The notes below the pieces were generated by a model that had not been told where the DNA came from, searched no databases, and saw nothing but the letters and a program-made list of their open reading frames with translations. From positions 96,001-160,000 of the forward strand of contig JAVVGF010000003.1 in the NCBI GenBank assembly GCA_032249235.1: DNA of 64,000 bases, written 5' to 3'. This DNA is from Thermoproteota archaeon (GTDB lineage: Archaea > Thermoproteota > Thermoprotei > Gearchaeales > Gearchaeaceae). Positions 1 to 9,503 of this stretch are shown piece by piece. Positions within the stretch are counted from its first letter, which is position 1. Each line of letters begins with the position of its first letter. A program made the translations under genes and the position numbers.

Positions 1-343
1 GGTCTTTGAAGAAGTTTGTAGACAATTTTTGATAAGAAATAGAGAGAAAATTTTTCCATTCACAAAAATAGGTAAATGGTGGTATAAGGATAAAGAAATA
101 GATATAGTTGCTTTTAATGAACAGTCAAAGGAAATCCTTTTTTGTGAATGCAAATGGAAAGAAGAAGTTAACGCTAAAGAAATTTTGCAAGAGTTAAAAG
201 AAAAAGCCCAATATGTTGATTGGAATAAAAACGAACGAAAAGAATATTATGCTATCTTTGCGAAGAACTTTAAAAAGAAAGCAGAAGATAAAAATGTTTT
301 TCATTTTGAACTGAACGATATAGAGGAATGTCTAAATAGTTAA
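1..343 (+). CDS. C-terminal part of an archaeal ATPase with DUF234 PD-(D/E)XK-like domain (5' truncated by the window edge)
   Basis: Frame is open from base 2 (VFEEVCRQFL...). Motifs IGKWW..EIDIVA..ECKW are typical of the DUF234 tail of archaeal AAA ATPases. Confidence 0.85.
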   Translation, partial: VFEEVCRQFLIRNREKIFPFTKIGKWWYKDKEIDIVAFNEQSKEILFCECKWKEEVNAKEILQELKEKAQYVDWNKNERKEYYAIFAKNFKKKAEDKNVFHFELNDIEECLNS

Positions 344-643
344 GTTGCATCTTAAAGTTTATTCCTATATCAAGATAAACTAAAGAAGTTAGGCATATCT
401 CAATGTCTAACCTTCTAAAATTATCCTCATCAAGAATTGTTTTTATTCAGAATGTTTTTCGCTTAATTTTTCTAATTCTTCAAAAATTTATAAATTCAAC
501 AATCATTATTATTTCTATTATTACAATTTTTATTATATATATTTCATAAAACTTTTAATTACTCTTATTTACATTTAAACTTATATTCAAATTAAAATAA
601 TAATCGATCGTAAAATAATTGAATGAAGTAAAGTATAGAGGAA

Positions 644-2326
644 TTAGAAGCTCATTGCAAGAGTTTGTTTTAAATTCAAAGGAGGTAAATCATTAGGATC
701 AATAACTAACTCAACGAGGTAAGATTCCTTTGCTTTCAGCAGTTTATTTATTGCTTCATCGATTTTATCATCATTATCAACTCTAATTCCTTCAATTCCA
801 AAAGAATTAGCTAAAGCAACGAAATCAGGATTTGTTAATAAAGTTTCGTAAATTCTTCCTTGTTTTTGTATTACTTGTCTTAAGTAAAGGACGCGATAGC
901 TATTATCATTCACTATGATGATTTTTATAGGAATTTTTTCTCTTTTTAAAGTCTCCAAATCTTGAACTGTCATCATGAATTCTCCATCGCCTAAAATTGC
1001 GATAACCTCATCATTCATGTTACATATTTTCGCTCCTATTGCTGCTGGAAAAGCATAACCCATTGCACCCAGGTTTGTAGAAGCTAGAAACGTTCTAGCT
1101 TTGTATATTTTAATGAAGTCATAAGCATAAAGAATATGAACGCCTTGGCCTCCTGTGACAATTCTATTTTTTGGAGCGAATTTATCTAGAAAATAGAAAA
1201 ATTTAGAAGGATTGACGGCATTGGAATATTTTCTGCTTAATGCTTCTTCAATCATTTTCATCCATTGTTTCTTCCATTCTAAAATCTTTGAATCCCATTC
1301 ATCATGCGAATATTTTCCTGATATTTGTTCATTCAATTCTTGTAGGAATGCTAATGGTTCATAGTTTAAAAGTTCATAATATTTAGGTCTCTTTCTTACA
1401 GAATCATCTTTACTTATTACAAAGACATCTCCTTTAGGCAATAAAGTATAAGCATAAGTCGTTGTATCATCGAACTCGTTACCCAAAACTAAAAGGAAGT
1501 CACAATTTTCTATTGCATTGTCTGCAACTATGTTTCCTCCTCCAAAGCCGCATCTACCTAAAGATCTTTCATGATCTTCAGAGCATGCACCTCTTGCATT
1601 TCCAGTTGTAACTATGTAAGAACCTGTTTTTTCTGCTAAATTAATTAAGTATTGAGATTCGAAATATTTATTATAAACCAGCTCTCCGCATGCCAAAATT
1701 AAAGGTCTTTTTGAATTAATTAGAGAATTTGTAATTTCTTTAACGATGTTTTGAGGAGGTCTTTCTGGAATGTTTTCTTTAATTTTTAATGATTCTAAAT
1801 CTTCAGCTTTTAACTCAAGCTTCTCGTTCCAGACATCTTCAGGAACTTCAATCACAATAGGCCCTCTTGGACATGTTGATAGATTTCTGAATGCTTCTTT
1901 CAATATTTCTAAAGCTTCACTTGATTTCGAGATTCTTAAATATTTCTTCACAATAGCCTTTGCTATATTTTCTTGATCGACTTCTAGCCAAGCATCTGTT
2001 CCTCTTAATCTTCTCCTAACACCTCCTGTTATAAGCAAAATCGGAACTCTGTCTTTCATTGCTATTGCAAGTGAAATTAAAGAATTCATAAAGCCAGGTC
2101 CTGCATGAACTGCTGCAACGCCGAAATGTGCTGTAATGCGAGCTTCTCCATCTGCTGCTGAAACAGCTACTTGCTCATGTCTTGTCGTTATGAAGTTTAT
2201 TCTATCTCTATAATCATACAACGCATCGATGAAATCTACAATGCTTGTTCCTATTATTCCATAAACTCTTTTTACATCGTTAATAAGTAAAGCTTCAGCA
2301 ATTAACTTAGCAACAGTTATTTGCAT
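644..2326 (-). CDS. Thiamine pyrophosphate-binding enzyme (acetolactate synthase large subunit-like)
   Basis: TRHEQ catalytic Glu, GPG motif, GAMGY and GDGEF..NDN TPP-binding motif. Confidence 0.9.
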   Translation of the reverse strand: MQITVAKLIAEALLINDVKRVYGIIGTSIVDFIDALYDYRDRINFITTRHEQVAVSAADGEARITAHFGVAAVHAGPGFMNSLISLAIAMKDRVPILLITGGVRRRLRGTDAWLEVDQENIAKAIVKKYLRISKSSEALEILKEAFRNLSTCPRGPIVIEVPEDVWNEKLELKAEDLESLKIKENIPERPPQNIVKEITNSLINSKRPLILACGELVYNKYFESQYLINLAEKTGSYIVTTGNARGACSEDHERSLGRCGFGGGNIVADNAIENCDFLLVLGNEFDDTTTYAYTLLPKGDVFVISKDDSVRKRPKYYELLNYEPLAFLQELNEQISGKYSHDEWDSKILEWKKQWMKMIEEALSRKYSNAVNPSKFFYFLDKFAPKNRIVTGGQGVHILYAYDFIKIYKARTFLASTNLGAMGYAFPAAIGAKICNMNDEVIAILGDGEFMMTVQDLETLKREKIPIKIIIVNDNSYRVLYLRQVIQKQGRIYETLLTNPDFVALANSFGIEGIRVDNDDKIDEAINKLLKAKESYLVELVIDPNDLPPLNLKQTLAMSF

Positions 2327-2328
2327 TT

Positions 2329-3333
2329 TTATGTTTGCATGTTAACAACAGCTTCAGGTTTTTCACCTTTTATTACTCTTATGACGTTTCTTATACTGAA
2401 TTCGATTATTCTAAATCTTGCATCAGTATTAGCTCCAGCAATATGAGGAGTAGTTATTAAATTTACATTTTTAAGCTTAAGCAAAGGGTTATCTTTGCTC
2501 GGAGGTTCTTGAGAATAAACATCTATAGCAGCACCCCAAATCCATTTTTCAGACAAAGCTTTTGCTAACGCTTCTTCATCTACGATTTCTGCTCTTGAAG
2601 GATTAATAAGTATGGCAGAAGGCTTCATAGATCTCAATTCTTCTTCTTTTATCATTTTTCTCGTTTCATCTGTTAAAGGTAGATGAATTGAGATGATGTC
2701 GCTTTCTCTTAATAATCTACTAAAGCTTCTATATTCTATGTTGTATTTCTTTTCGAATTCTTCTTGTCTTATCTTATCGTAATAAATAACTTTTACTTCA
2801 AAATTTACAAGCCTTTTAGCAAGCTCTTTACCTATTCTTCCTAAGCCTATTATTCCCCAAGTTCTATTTGCTAAATCAAATGTTCCTTTATCCATCAGTT
2901 CCCATTGCGGCCATTCGCCTTGTTGAACTCTATTGTGTGCTTCAAAAAGCCTTTTTAGCAGTGCTAATGCAACCATAATTGTATATTCTGCAACTGAAAC
3001 AGCATTTGCTCCTCCTGCATTAGCAACAGGAATGCCTTTTTCAGCACATGCAACAACATCAATATGATCATAACCTGTGCTGGGTTGCTGTATTAATTTT
3101 ACTTTTTTCATGTGCTCAACCATATTCCTTGTTATTTTCATCTTAAACGTATGATCTCCAATTACGATATCTGCTTGTTCAAGAGTTTCGAGTATCTTTT
3201 TTTCTTCTGCATCGTATAATCCGATAACTTCTATTTTCGCATTCACTTCATTCGAAAAGGGGGCGAAGAATCCTTCAATTACGCTTTCAGGTAAAGGTGA
3301 AAAAGATGCTATCAAAATTTTTCTAGGTTCCAT
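2329..3333 (-). CDS. D-isomer-specific 2-hydroxyacid dehydrogenase
   Basis: GLGRIG Rossmann motif, NPSR, DVYSQEP, TPHIAG. Ends 2 nt upstream of the TPP enzyme gene (operon). Confidence 0.92.
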   Translation of the reverse strand: MEPRKILIASFSPLPESVIEGFFAPFSNEVNAKIEVIGLYDAEEKKILETLEQADIVIGDHTFKMKITRNMVEHMKKVKLIQQPSTGYDHIDVVACAEKGIPVANAGGANAVSVAEYTIMVALALLKRLFEAHNRVQQGEWPQWELMDKGTFDLANRTWGIIGLGRIGKELAKRLVNFEVKVIYYDKIRQEEFEKKYNIEYRSFSRLLRESDIISIHLPLTDETRKMIKEEELRSMKPSAILINPSRAEIVDEEALAKALSEKWIWGAAIDVYSQEPPSKDNPLLKLKNVNLITTPHIAGANTDARFRIIEFSIRNVIRVIKGEKPEAVVNMQT

Positions 3334-3382
3334 GCATTTATATAACGTTTATCCTTTAATTTTTAAAATACAATAATTCTGT

Positions 3383-3754
3383 ATGGCTGAAATAAGCGAA
3401 GATGAGCTTTTAAAACAATTCGAAATAGCTAAAGAATTAATCGATAAAGATCCTAACGAAGCTGGAATGTTATTATATAAGATAGCTGAATCTTCTTTAA
3501 TCATACTCGCTAATAAATACGTTCCTTATTATTATGAGAAAATTATAAAAAGCAAAAATACTAAAATTTATTTATTATTTGAAATAGCAAACGAGTTGTC
3601 TAAAAAACTTAATAAAAACTTTAAGAAATATTGGTATGAAGCTTGGGAACTAAGAATAGAGAGCCATGAATATAATTTAACTTCTGATTTTTTAAAAGAA
3701 AGAATTAAGACTATTGAAAAAATTATAAATTTTATTAAGCACAAAAAGAAATAA
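3383..3754 (+). CDS. PaREP1-family protein (HEPN-like)
   Basis: EAGMLLYKIAESSLIILA and WYEAWELR resemble the PaREP1 consensus (KLYKAAEEAVKALA...W..AW.LH). Confidence 0.7.
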   Translation: MAEISEDELLKQFEIAKELIDKDPNEAGMLLYKIAESSLIILANKYVPYYYEKIIKSKNTKIYLLFEIANELSKKLNKNFKKYWYEAWELRIESHEYNLTSDFLKERIKTIEKIINFIKHKKK

Positions 3755-3799
3755 TTTTTATAAATCTTTATTAAGATTTTATTCAATAAAAATAATTTA

Positions 3800-3828
3800 T
3801 TGGACAAGTCCAAGTGCATATATTTAAA
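3800..3828 (+). promoter_or_regulatory. Palindromic operator (TTGGAC-AA-GTCCAA) plus TATA box upstream of the oxidase operon
   Basis: Perfect 6-2-6 inverted repeat at 3800-3813, TATTTAAA at 3821-3828, ATG at 3851. Confidence 0.5.
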
Positions 3829-3850
3829 TGATATTCATGTTCTCTAGCAT

Positions 3851-4006
3851 ATGAGCAAGAAAATGAATAGAATTACAGCATTGCTTTTAGATAATCTTTG
3901 GTTCTGGGCTATATTAGCTATGACGATAAGTCTAGTCTATGGTGCATGGGCTTTAATAGAGGCATCGAACATGCATATGCCTTCTTTAACTCCAAAGGGG
4001 TGGTAG
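3851..4006 (+). CDS. Small single-TM protein, probable accessory subunit of the heme-copper oxidase (not in the ORF track)
   Basis: Translated by hand: MSKKMNRITALLLDNLWFWAILAMTISLVYGAWALIEASNMHMPSLTPKGW (51 aa), one hydrophobic helix. The stop is 1 nt before the subunit II ATG. Confidence 0.8.
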   Translation: MSKKMNRITALLLDNLWFWAILAMTISLVYGAWALIEASNMHMPSLTPKGW

Positions 4007-4007
4007 A

Positions 4008-4526
4008 ATGACGCTCTTTCCAAGAAGTTTGGAAGAGTGGTATAAACCATTTACTAAAGAGGAAAAAACATGGTTTATTCTCGCTTTAATTGTAGCTATA
4101 ATACTTGCTGCCACAACAATTAGTTGGTTTTACATAGATCCATATCATCAAGTCCCTGCTAAAAGCTATGCCATAAGTCCTAGTGAGTTTGACAAATTAG
4201 CTACGACGTTCGCAAATTCATATAAAGATAAAATAGTACCTGAGGGCGTTGATGTATATATTGTTGCTCATCAATTCTATTTCAATCCTGCAAAAATTAT
4301 TTTGAAAAAAGGTGTTACTTATAGAATTCATGTTTCTAGTGCCGATGTGCTTCATGGATTCAGCATAATAGGAAAGGATGGGACCGTTTATAATTTAATG
4401 ATAATGCCAGGAATGGCATACATTATACATATAGTTTTCGATAAAGCTGGAATTTATGAATTACGTTGTAATGAATATTGCGGTTCCGGCCATCATTTAA
4501 TGATTGCTACTATAGAGGTGGTTTAG
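4008..4526 (+). CDS. Heme-copper oxidase subunit II (CuA), B-family/eNOR-like
   Basis: Single N-terminal TM helix; CuA motif DVLHGF...CNEYCGSGHHLM. Confidence 0.93.
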   Translation: MTLFPRSLEEWYKPFTKEEKTWFILALIVAIILAATTISWFYIDPYHQVPAKSYAISPSEFDKLATTFANSYKDKIVPEGVDVYIVAHQFYFNPAKIILKKGVTYRIHVSSADVLHGFSIIGKDGTVYNLMIMPGMAYIIHIVFDKAGIYELRCNEYCGSGHHLMIATIEVV

Positions 4527-4527
4527 T

Positions 4528-6201
4528 ATGACAGAAGCCGGTTTTAGACGTTGTATGGCAACTGGATTGCTAGTTCATTTAGCTTCCCAAAGGCTAATAG
4601 TATTTAACTTCTTGATGGGAATAATTTCTCTAATAATAGGAGGTATTGCAGCGATTTTCGTAGGTTTAACTAGGTCATCTTTTGTTCTCCTTGAGCAGTT
4701 AGGATTACAAAATACGTATTATTATTGGTTGAATTTGCATGGCTTTAATATGCTAATATTCTGGATATTATGGTTTGAAGTTGCATTGATATATTTTGTT
4801 GCTACAATTTTGCTCAATGCACCATTATATAGCATAAGAGTCGGCTGGTTGTCTTTCATTCTAATGTTGATTGGTTGGTTAATAATGAATGTAATGAATA
4901 TTGCAGGAGATTCGATTGTCTTATTCACTGCTTATATTCCTTTAAGCGCTCCTCCTATATTTTACATAGGTTATCTGCTTTTTGCATTAGGCGTAGCTGT
5001 AGCTGTAATTAATTTCTTTTTAACGTTATATAAAGCAAGAATAGAAGGTAGATATTCTGGTCATCTTCCTTTGGTTACATGGGGTGCAGGTATTGCAGCA
5101 ATAATTGGCTTAGTAGTCGTAGCATATGGAGCCTTTGCAATTACTTATGCTTTATTGTTCAGTTCAAATTATGGATTAAGCGGAGATGTAATGTTTTACA
5201 GATGGTTCTTCTGGGGGCTTGGACATTCTGCACAATATGTTAACGTTACTGCAATGGTTGCAGTTTGGTATGCTTTACTTGCTTTAGGAACAGGCTTTGT
5301 TGCAGCAAAATTTGTAAATGAAAGATATGCAAGAATAGCATTTGCGATGTATACTTTATTCGTAGTTCCTGGAATAGGACATCATATATTAGTTGATCCT
5401 GGATTCTCAGCAATCTTTAAGCAAGCAAGCGGAAGTGTCGGTTCTCACTTTTTATCTGTTCCTTCGATGTTGCATGCTTTAGCTTTACTTGGAGGTGTTG
5501 AAGCAACTTTAAGAGCTTCAGGTCATACAAGCCTTTTAGGTTGGCTAAAGAAAATACCATGGAGGAATCCTGCAATATCAGGTATGCTTCTATCTATGAT
5601 TTTGTTTGGAATTGGAGGAATAATAGCCCAACCACAAACTACACTTCAACCAAATCTCTTGTTCCATAATACGCTATGGGTTCCAGGTCATTTTCATTTA
5701 ACAGTTGTCGGAGGTACTACCTTAGCATTTATGAGCTTATCATATTATGTTGTTCCTTTGTTAACAGAGAAAAAATTAATTAGTAGTAAAATGTCTATCA
5801 TACAAATCTATCTCTTCTTCATCGGAATATTTATACTAACTTTAAGTATGGCTTGGTTAGGATGGTTAGGTTCTCCTAGAAGAACGTTCATTAGTTATGA
5901 GGAATTAATAGAAAACGGTTGGTACGTTCCTGCTACATTCCTAGGTATAGGTGCTTTATTGGCTATAGTAGCAGGGATTTTATTTGTTTTAAACATGGTC
6001 TTAACTGTTTTAATAAGCAAGAAAGCAAGTTCAGCATCTGAATTATTAGAAGGATTAGTAAGTCCAATCGAGATAAAAGACGAAAAGGCAGTAAGAAAAA
6101 CAGGTTCATTAGTTATAGTTATAATATTGCTAGTCTTTATTTTGTTAGCTGTTTACTTTGCAAGTTTTATACGTTTAGAAGGTTTGCCAAAGATTTGGTA
6201 A
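4528..6201 (+). CDS. Heme-copper oxidase subunit I, eNOR-like sequence with active-site Tyr retained
   Basis: Six His ligands: H71 (HGFNML), H233 (GHSAQY), H285/H286 (GHHIL), H388/H390 (GHFH). Polytopic membrane protein. Confidence 0.93.
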   Translation: MTEAGFRRCMATGLLVHLASQRLIVFNFLMGIISLIIGGIAAIFVGLTRSSFVLLEQLGLQNTYYYWLNLHGFNMLIFWILWFEVALIYFVATILLNAPLYSIRVGWLSFILMLIGWLIMNVMNIAGDSIVLFTAYIPLSAPPIFYIGYLLFALGVAVAVINFFLTLYKARIEGRYSGHLPLVTWGAGIAAIIGLVVVAYGAFAITYALLFSSNYGLSGDVMFYRWFFWGLGHSAQYVNVTAMVAVWYALLALGTGFVAAKFVNERYARIAFAMYTLFVVPGIGHHILVDPGFSAIFKQASGSVGSHFLSVPSMLHALALLGGVEATLRASGHTSLLGWLKKIPWRNPAISGMLLSMILFGIGGIIAQPQTTLQPNLLFHNTLWVPGHFHLTVVGGTTLAFMSLSYYVVPLLTEKKLISSKMSIIQIYLFFIGIFILTLSMAWLGWLGSPRRTFISYEELIENGWYVPATFLGIGALLAIVAGILFVLNMVLTVLISKKASSASELLEGLVSPIEIKDEKAVRKTGSLVIVIILLVFILLAVYFASFIRLEGLPKIW

Positions 6202-6209
6202 AGAATATA

Positions 6210-6218
6210 TTTTTTTTT
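6210..6218 (+). terminator. Oligo-T tract, possible archaeal intrinsic terminator
   Basis: Run of 9 T immediately after the subunit I stop. Confidence 0.4.
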
Positions 6219-6266
6219 ATAATTTTGTATAGATAAAATTTTATACTGCTTTTTTATTTAAATCAT

Positions 6267-6821
6267 GTGGCATTACAAGCTTATAGGGTATCTTTTAGAC
6301 CATGTCCATTTTTATTAGAAATTCTAAACAATGGTGAATTTATAGGATATAGATTCAATAATGAATCTTTACATTTATTAATAAAGTTAAAAGAGATAAA
6401 GCAGAATATAAATAAACCCTCTTATATAAAATTGTTTCGAAATACTAGCTCAAAATATTTAATTGTAGAATGTGGATATAATTGCCCTATAAAATATTTC
6501 ATGAAAAATAGCTATATCAATAAACTTATTATAACAAAGAAAAATATCAATCTATATATTATTAATAATGAGAATATTAAGATGAAGAATATATTATTTA
6601 ATGGTGTATGTTTGATAAAAGTAGAGAGAATGAATATTAAAGATTTGATCATATCCGATGATGAAAGAGAATTCATGAAAAAAGTCATTGCTTTAGGTTA
6701 CTTAGATTACCCGAAGAAAATAACCATAAGAGATCTTGCTAGGAGATTAAAGAAGTCCAAAACAGGGACGATGATGATGGTTAGAAGAATATTTAAAAAA
6801 CTAGCAAGAACTGCTATATGA
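6267..6821 (+). CDS. HTH_10 (bacterio-opsin activator-type) transcriptional regulator
   Basis: C-terminal ALGYLDYPKKITIRDLARRLKKSK matches the GY(F/Y)D.PR...ELA HTH_10 pattern. N-terminal CPF and CGYNCP. Confidence 0.8.
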   Translation: MALQAYRVSFRPCPFLLEILNNGEFIGYRFNNESLHLLIKLKEIKQNINKPSYIKLFRNTSSKYLIVECGYNCPIKYFMKNSYINKLIITKKNINLYIINNENIKMKNILFNGVCLIKVERMNIKDLIISDDEREFMKKVIALGYLDYPKKITIRDLARRLKKSKTGTMMMVRRIFKKLARTAI

Positions 6822-6844
6822 CGGCTTATAATTATTTAAGTCTA

Positions 6845-6884
6845 TTCTCTCTGCCCTAAAGGGCGAGGCTTTCAATTCTTGTAA
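6845..6884. mobile_element. Isolated IS200/IS605-type terminal hairpin remnant
   Basis: ttctctctGCCC-taaa-GGGCgaggctttc is a GC-rich hairpin in an AT-rich intergenic region, resembling archaeal IS605-family end sequences. No transposase nearby. Confidence 0.45.
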
Positions 6885-6985
6885 CTCACAGTGAAAATCA
6901 TTTTATAACAATCAAGCTTAATAAATAGGTATCATTTTTAAGTAACATATCAATGAATTTATATTGAATTTAAGAAAAGATAGGT

Positions 6986-7660
6986 GTGCATAAAGATAAG
7001 ATTGTAGTTTCTTGGAGTGGTGGAAAGGATAGCACCATGGCTCTTTATTACATACTTAAGCAATATAATTATGAAATAGCTTACTTAGTAACCACGATAA
7101 CTGAAGGATTCGAAAGAGTAACTATGCATGGTGTGAGAAAGGAACTAATCAAAAAGCAGGCAGAAAGCTTGGGTTATCAATTGTTAGAGGTTTACATCCC
7201 TCCATATGCAAGTAATGAAATATATGAAGAAAGAATGAGGAATATTGCTTTAAAGCTAATTTCTGAAGGAATCACAAAGCACGTATTTGGAGATATTTAT
7301 TTAGAAGATGTTAGAAAATATAGAGAAGAAAACTTAAAGAAGTTGAATTTGGAAGGAATTTGGCCAATATGGGGAAGAGATACGAAAGAATTAGCTTTGG
7401 AATTCATCAAATTAGGTTTTAAAGCGATTGTATGCGTAGTAGATACAAAGGTATTAGATGAGAGCTTTGTAGGAAGAGATTTCGATGAAGAGTTCATTTC
7501 TGATCTTCCTTCTAACGTAGATCCATGCGGAGAAAAAGGTGAATTCCATACTTTTGTTTATGATGGTCCGTTATTCAAGAGAGAAATTAGATTCAAGGTG
7601 GGAGAAAAAGTGTTAAGAGATAATAGATTCTATTTCATTGATTTAATCCCATTAAGTTAA
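6986..7660 (+). CDS. PP-loop ATPase, diphthine-ammonia ligase (Dph6/DUF71) family
   Basis: SWSGGKDS PP-loop, FGDI, DPCGEKGEFHT. Confidence 0.88.
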   Translation: MHKDKIVVSWSGGKDSTMALYYILKQYNYEIAYLVTTITEGFERVTMHGVRKELIKKQAESLGYQLLEVYIPPYASNEIYEERMRNIALKLISEGITKHVFGDIYLEDVRKYREENLKKLNLEGIWPIWGRDTKELALEFIKLGFKAIVCVVDTKVLDESFVGRDFDEEFISDLPSNVDPCGEKGEFHTFVYDGPLFKREIRFKVGEKVLRDNRFYFIDLIPLS

Positions 7661-9376
7661 TTGTTTCTTTAAGAACACAATAGCTGGGAAGAGTATTTTA
7701 TAAATATCCTCAACGCTAGTTATCACATGTCCCATGTCTGGGATTATATGTGCTTCAAAGGTTTTTCCATGCTCTAATAGCTTTTCAATATATTTTAGCA
7801 CAGGCTTTAATGGTGTTCTGCTATCATTTTGAGGATGTATAATACAAATTGGAGCTTTTAGTTTATCAACAAAATTTATAGCTGATCTATCCTTTTTCAA
7901 ATCATTCTTACTAGCAAACAATAAGTCTTGGAAGTGTTTGAAAGCTGCATCAGCTAGTTCATACATCATTTCCCAATCTACGACTCCTGCTCCTGCTACT
8001 GCAGCATCCCAAAGTTCTGGTGCTTTGACTGTTGCTAAATAACTCATGAAGCCTCCATAGCTATAGCCCATTATAGCGATTTTTTCTCCGAGCTTATTCT
8101 CTTTAGCAAAATTCCTTGCATAGATTATATCATTTAAATCGCCGCCTCCAGGATCGCCTATATCTAATGATCTAAATTCTTCACCGTAACCAGTAGAACC
8201 TCTGAAATTAGGCGCAACTACATTAAAGCCAGCTGTTACTAAAGAAATTATTGTAATATTCCAGAAATCTCCTATATGTGACCAAGGACCGCCATGAACA
8301 TATATTACCGCGTTCTTTTTTCCTTGAATATTCGTTTTGTATATAATGGAAGGAATTTCTAGCCCATCGAATGACTTATATTTTATTATTTCTACGTTTC
8401 CCAAAGCGCTTGCAATTTCTTCATCTATGTTTGAGCCTAATACTTTTCTCCATTCGCCATTGAGTTTTGTTTTGAATATTGAATAAGGTTCCTTTAAGCT
8501 TGAAAAGCTAACGAATATTTCATCATTTATTACATCAAGATATGTAGGTGTTCCTTCCGGATGGTTAATTTTAAAACCATTTAAAAAAGCATAGCCGCGA
8601 TAATCTTGCAATCCTATGAACCATATTCTTCCATCATCGGTAAATCCAAACGATAAATAGTCCTGAAAGTTATATTTCAAGTAATCTTTTCCTTCAAATT
8701 CTGGTTCATATAATTCGTTTGCAAAAATATCATAAACGAAAAGTCTTTTTGCTCCTTTAAGATTGGACTCGAGTATTATTTTATTGTTAAATATTGAGCT
8801 TGCTATATTATAGGTTCCTTCTTTTGGAGTATAAACTTTGTGCTCATTTTTATTCAAATCATAAATGAATATTTCCATAGATTTCGGATTTCCATGCAAT
8901 GTTCCCGAACCAATGATGAAAGATTCGTTGATATCCGTTACGAAAATCCATTTATTTGTGGAAAATATTTTCTCTTGTTCTTCATCTTTTCGAACTAAAT
9001 AAACAACATTTTCTTGCATTGTTGAGCCTGCATAAACCATAAAGTCCTTGAAATAAGATATCGAGAATATTCTCATCGGCTCCATATTAATTTCTTTTAT
9101 CTTTCCTTCTTCCCAGCTGAAAATCTTTGCAAGCTCTTTACCTTTGCTTACATCTAAAGCAAAATATATTTTATTCATATCCTTTCTTACTCTTGAACCT
9201 GTCAAAGGCCTTGAAGCAATCTTCATTTTATTGCTTCCATCATGATCAGAAACCCAAAGATCGTATGTTTCCTCTACGTTAGAAACATAATATAGCTTGT
9301 TCTTAGTTACTCCAACTAAGTTATAAGCAGGTATTTTTACAATCTTTTCTAGCTTTCTTAATAATTCCGAATACAT
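7652..9376 (-). CDS. S9 family serine peptidase (acylamino-acid-releasing enzyme-like)
   Basis: HGGP, GYSYGG nucleophile, NDSRT Asp and GH His; N-terminal beta-propeller region. Confidence 0.92.
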   Translation of the reverse strand: MYSELLRKLEKIVKIPAYNLVGVTKNKLYYVSNVEETYDLWVSDHDGSNKMKIASRPLTGSRVRKDMNKIYFALDVSKGKELAKIFSWEEGKIKEINMEPMRIFSISYFKDFMVYAGSTMQENVVYLVRKDEEQEKIFSTNKWIFVTDINESFIIGSGTLHGNPKSMEIFIYDLNKNEHKVYTPKEGTYNIASSIFNNKIILESNLKGAKRLFVYDIFANELYEPEFEGKDYLKYNFQDYLSFGFTDDGRIWFIGLQDYRGYAFLNGFKINHPEGTPTYLDVINDEIFVSFSSLKEPYSIFKTKLNGEWRKVLGSNIDEEIASALGNVEIIKYKSFDGLEIPSIIYKTNIQGKKNAVIYVHGGPWSHIGDFWNITIISLVTAGFNVVAPNFRGSTGYGEEFRSLDIGDPGGGDLNDIIYARNFAKENKLGEKIAIMGYSYGGFMSYLATVKAPELWDAAVAGAGVVDWEMMYELADAAFKHFQDLLFASKNDLKKDRSAINFVDKLKAPICIIHPQNDSRTPLKPVLKYIEKLLEHGKTFEAHIIPDMGHVITSVEDIYKILFPAIVFLKKQLT

Positions 9377-9503
9377 AATTTCGTAAGTAATGTAAATTTA
9401 AAAACTTATTGCTAAACAAGACCTCATGGTAAGAATATTTTTAGTGAACGCCTTAAATATTCGGGGGTTAAGTTTTTTAACGCTGTTAATCAGAGAAAAA
9501 GCG

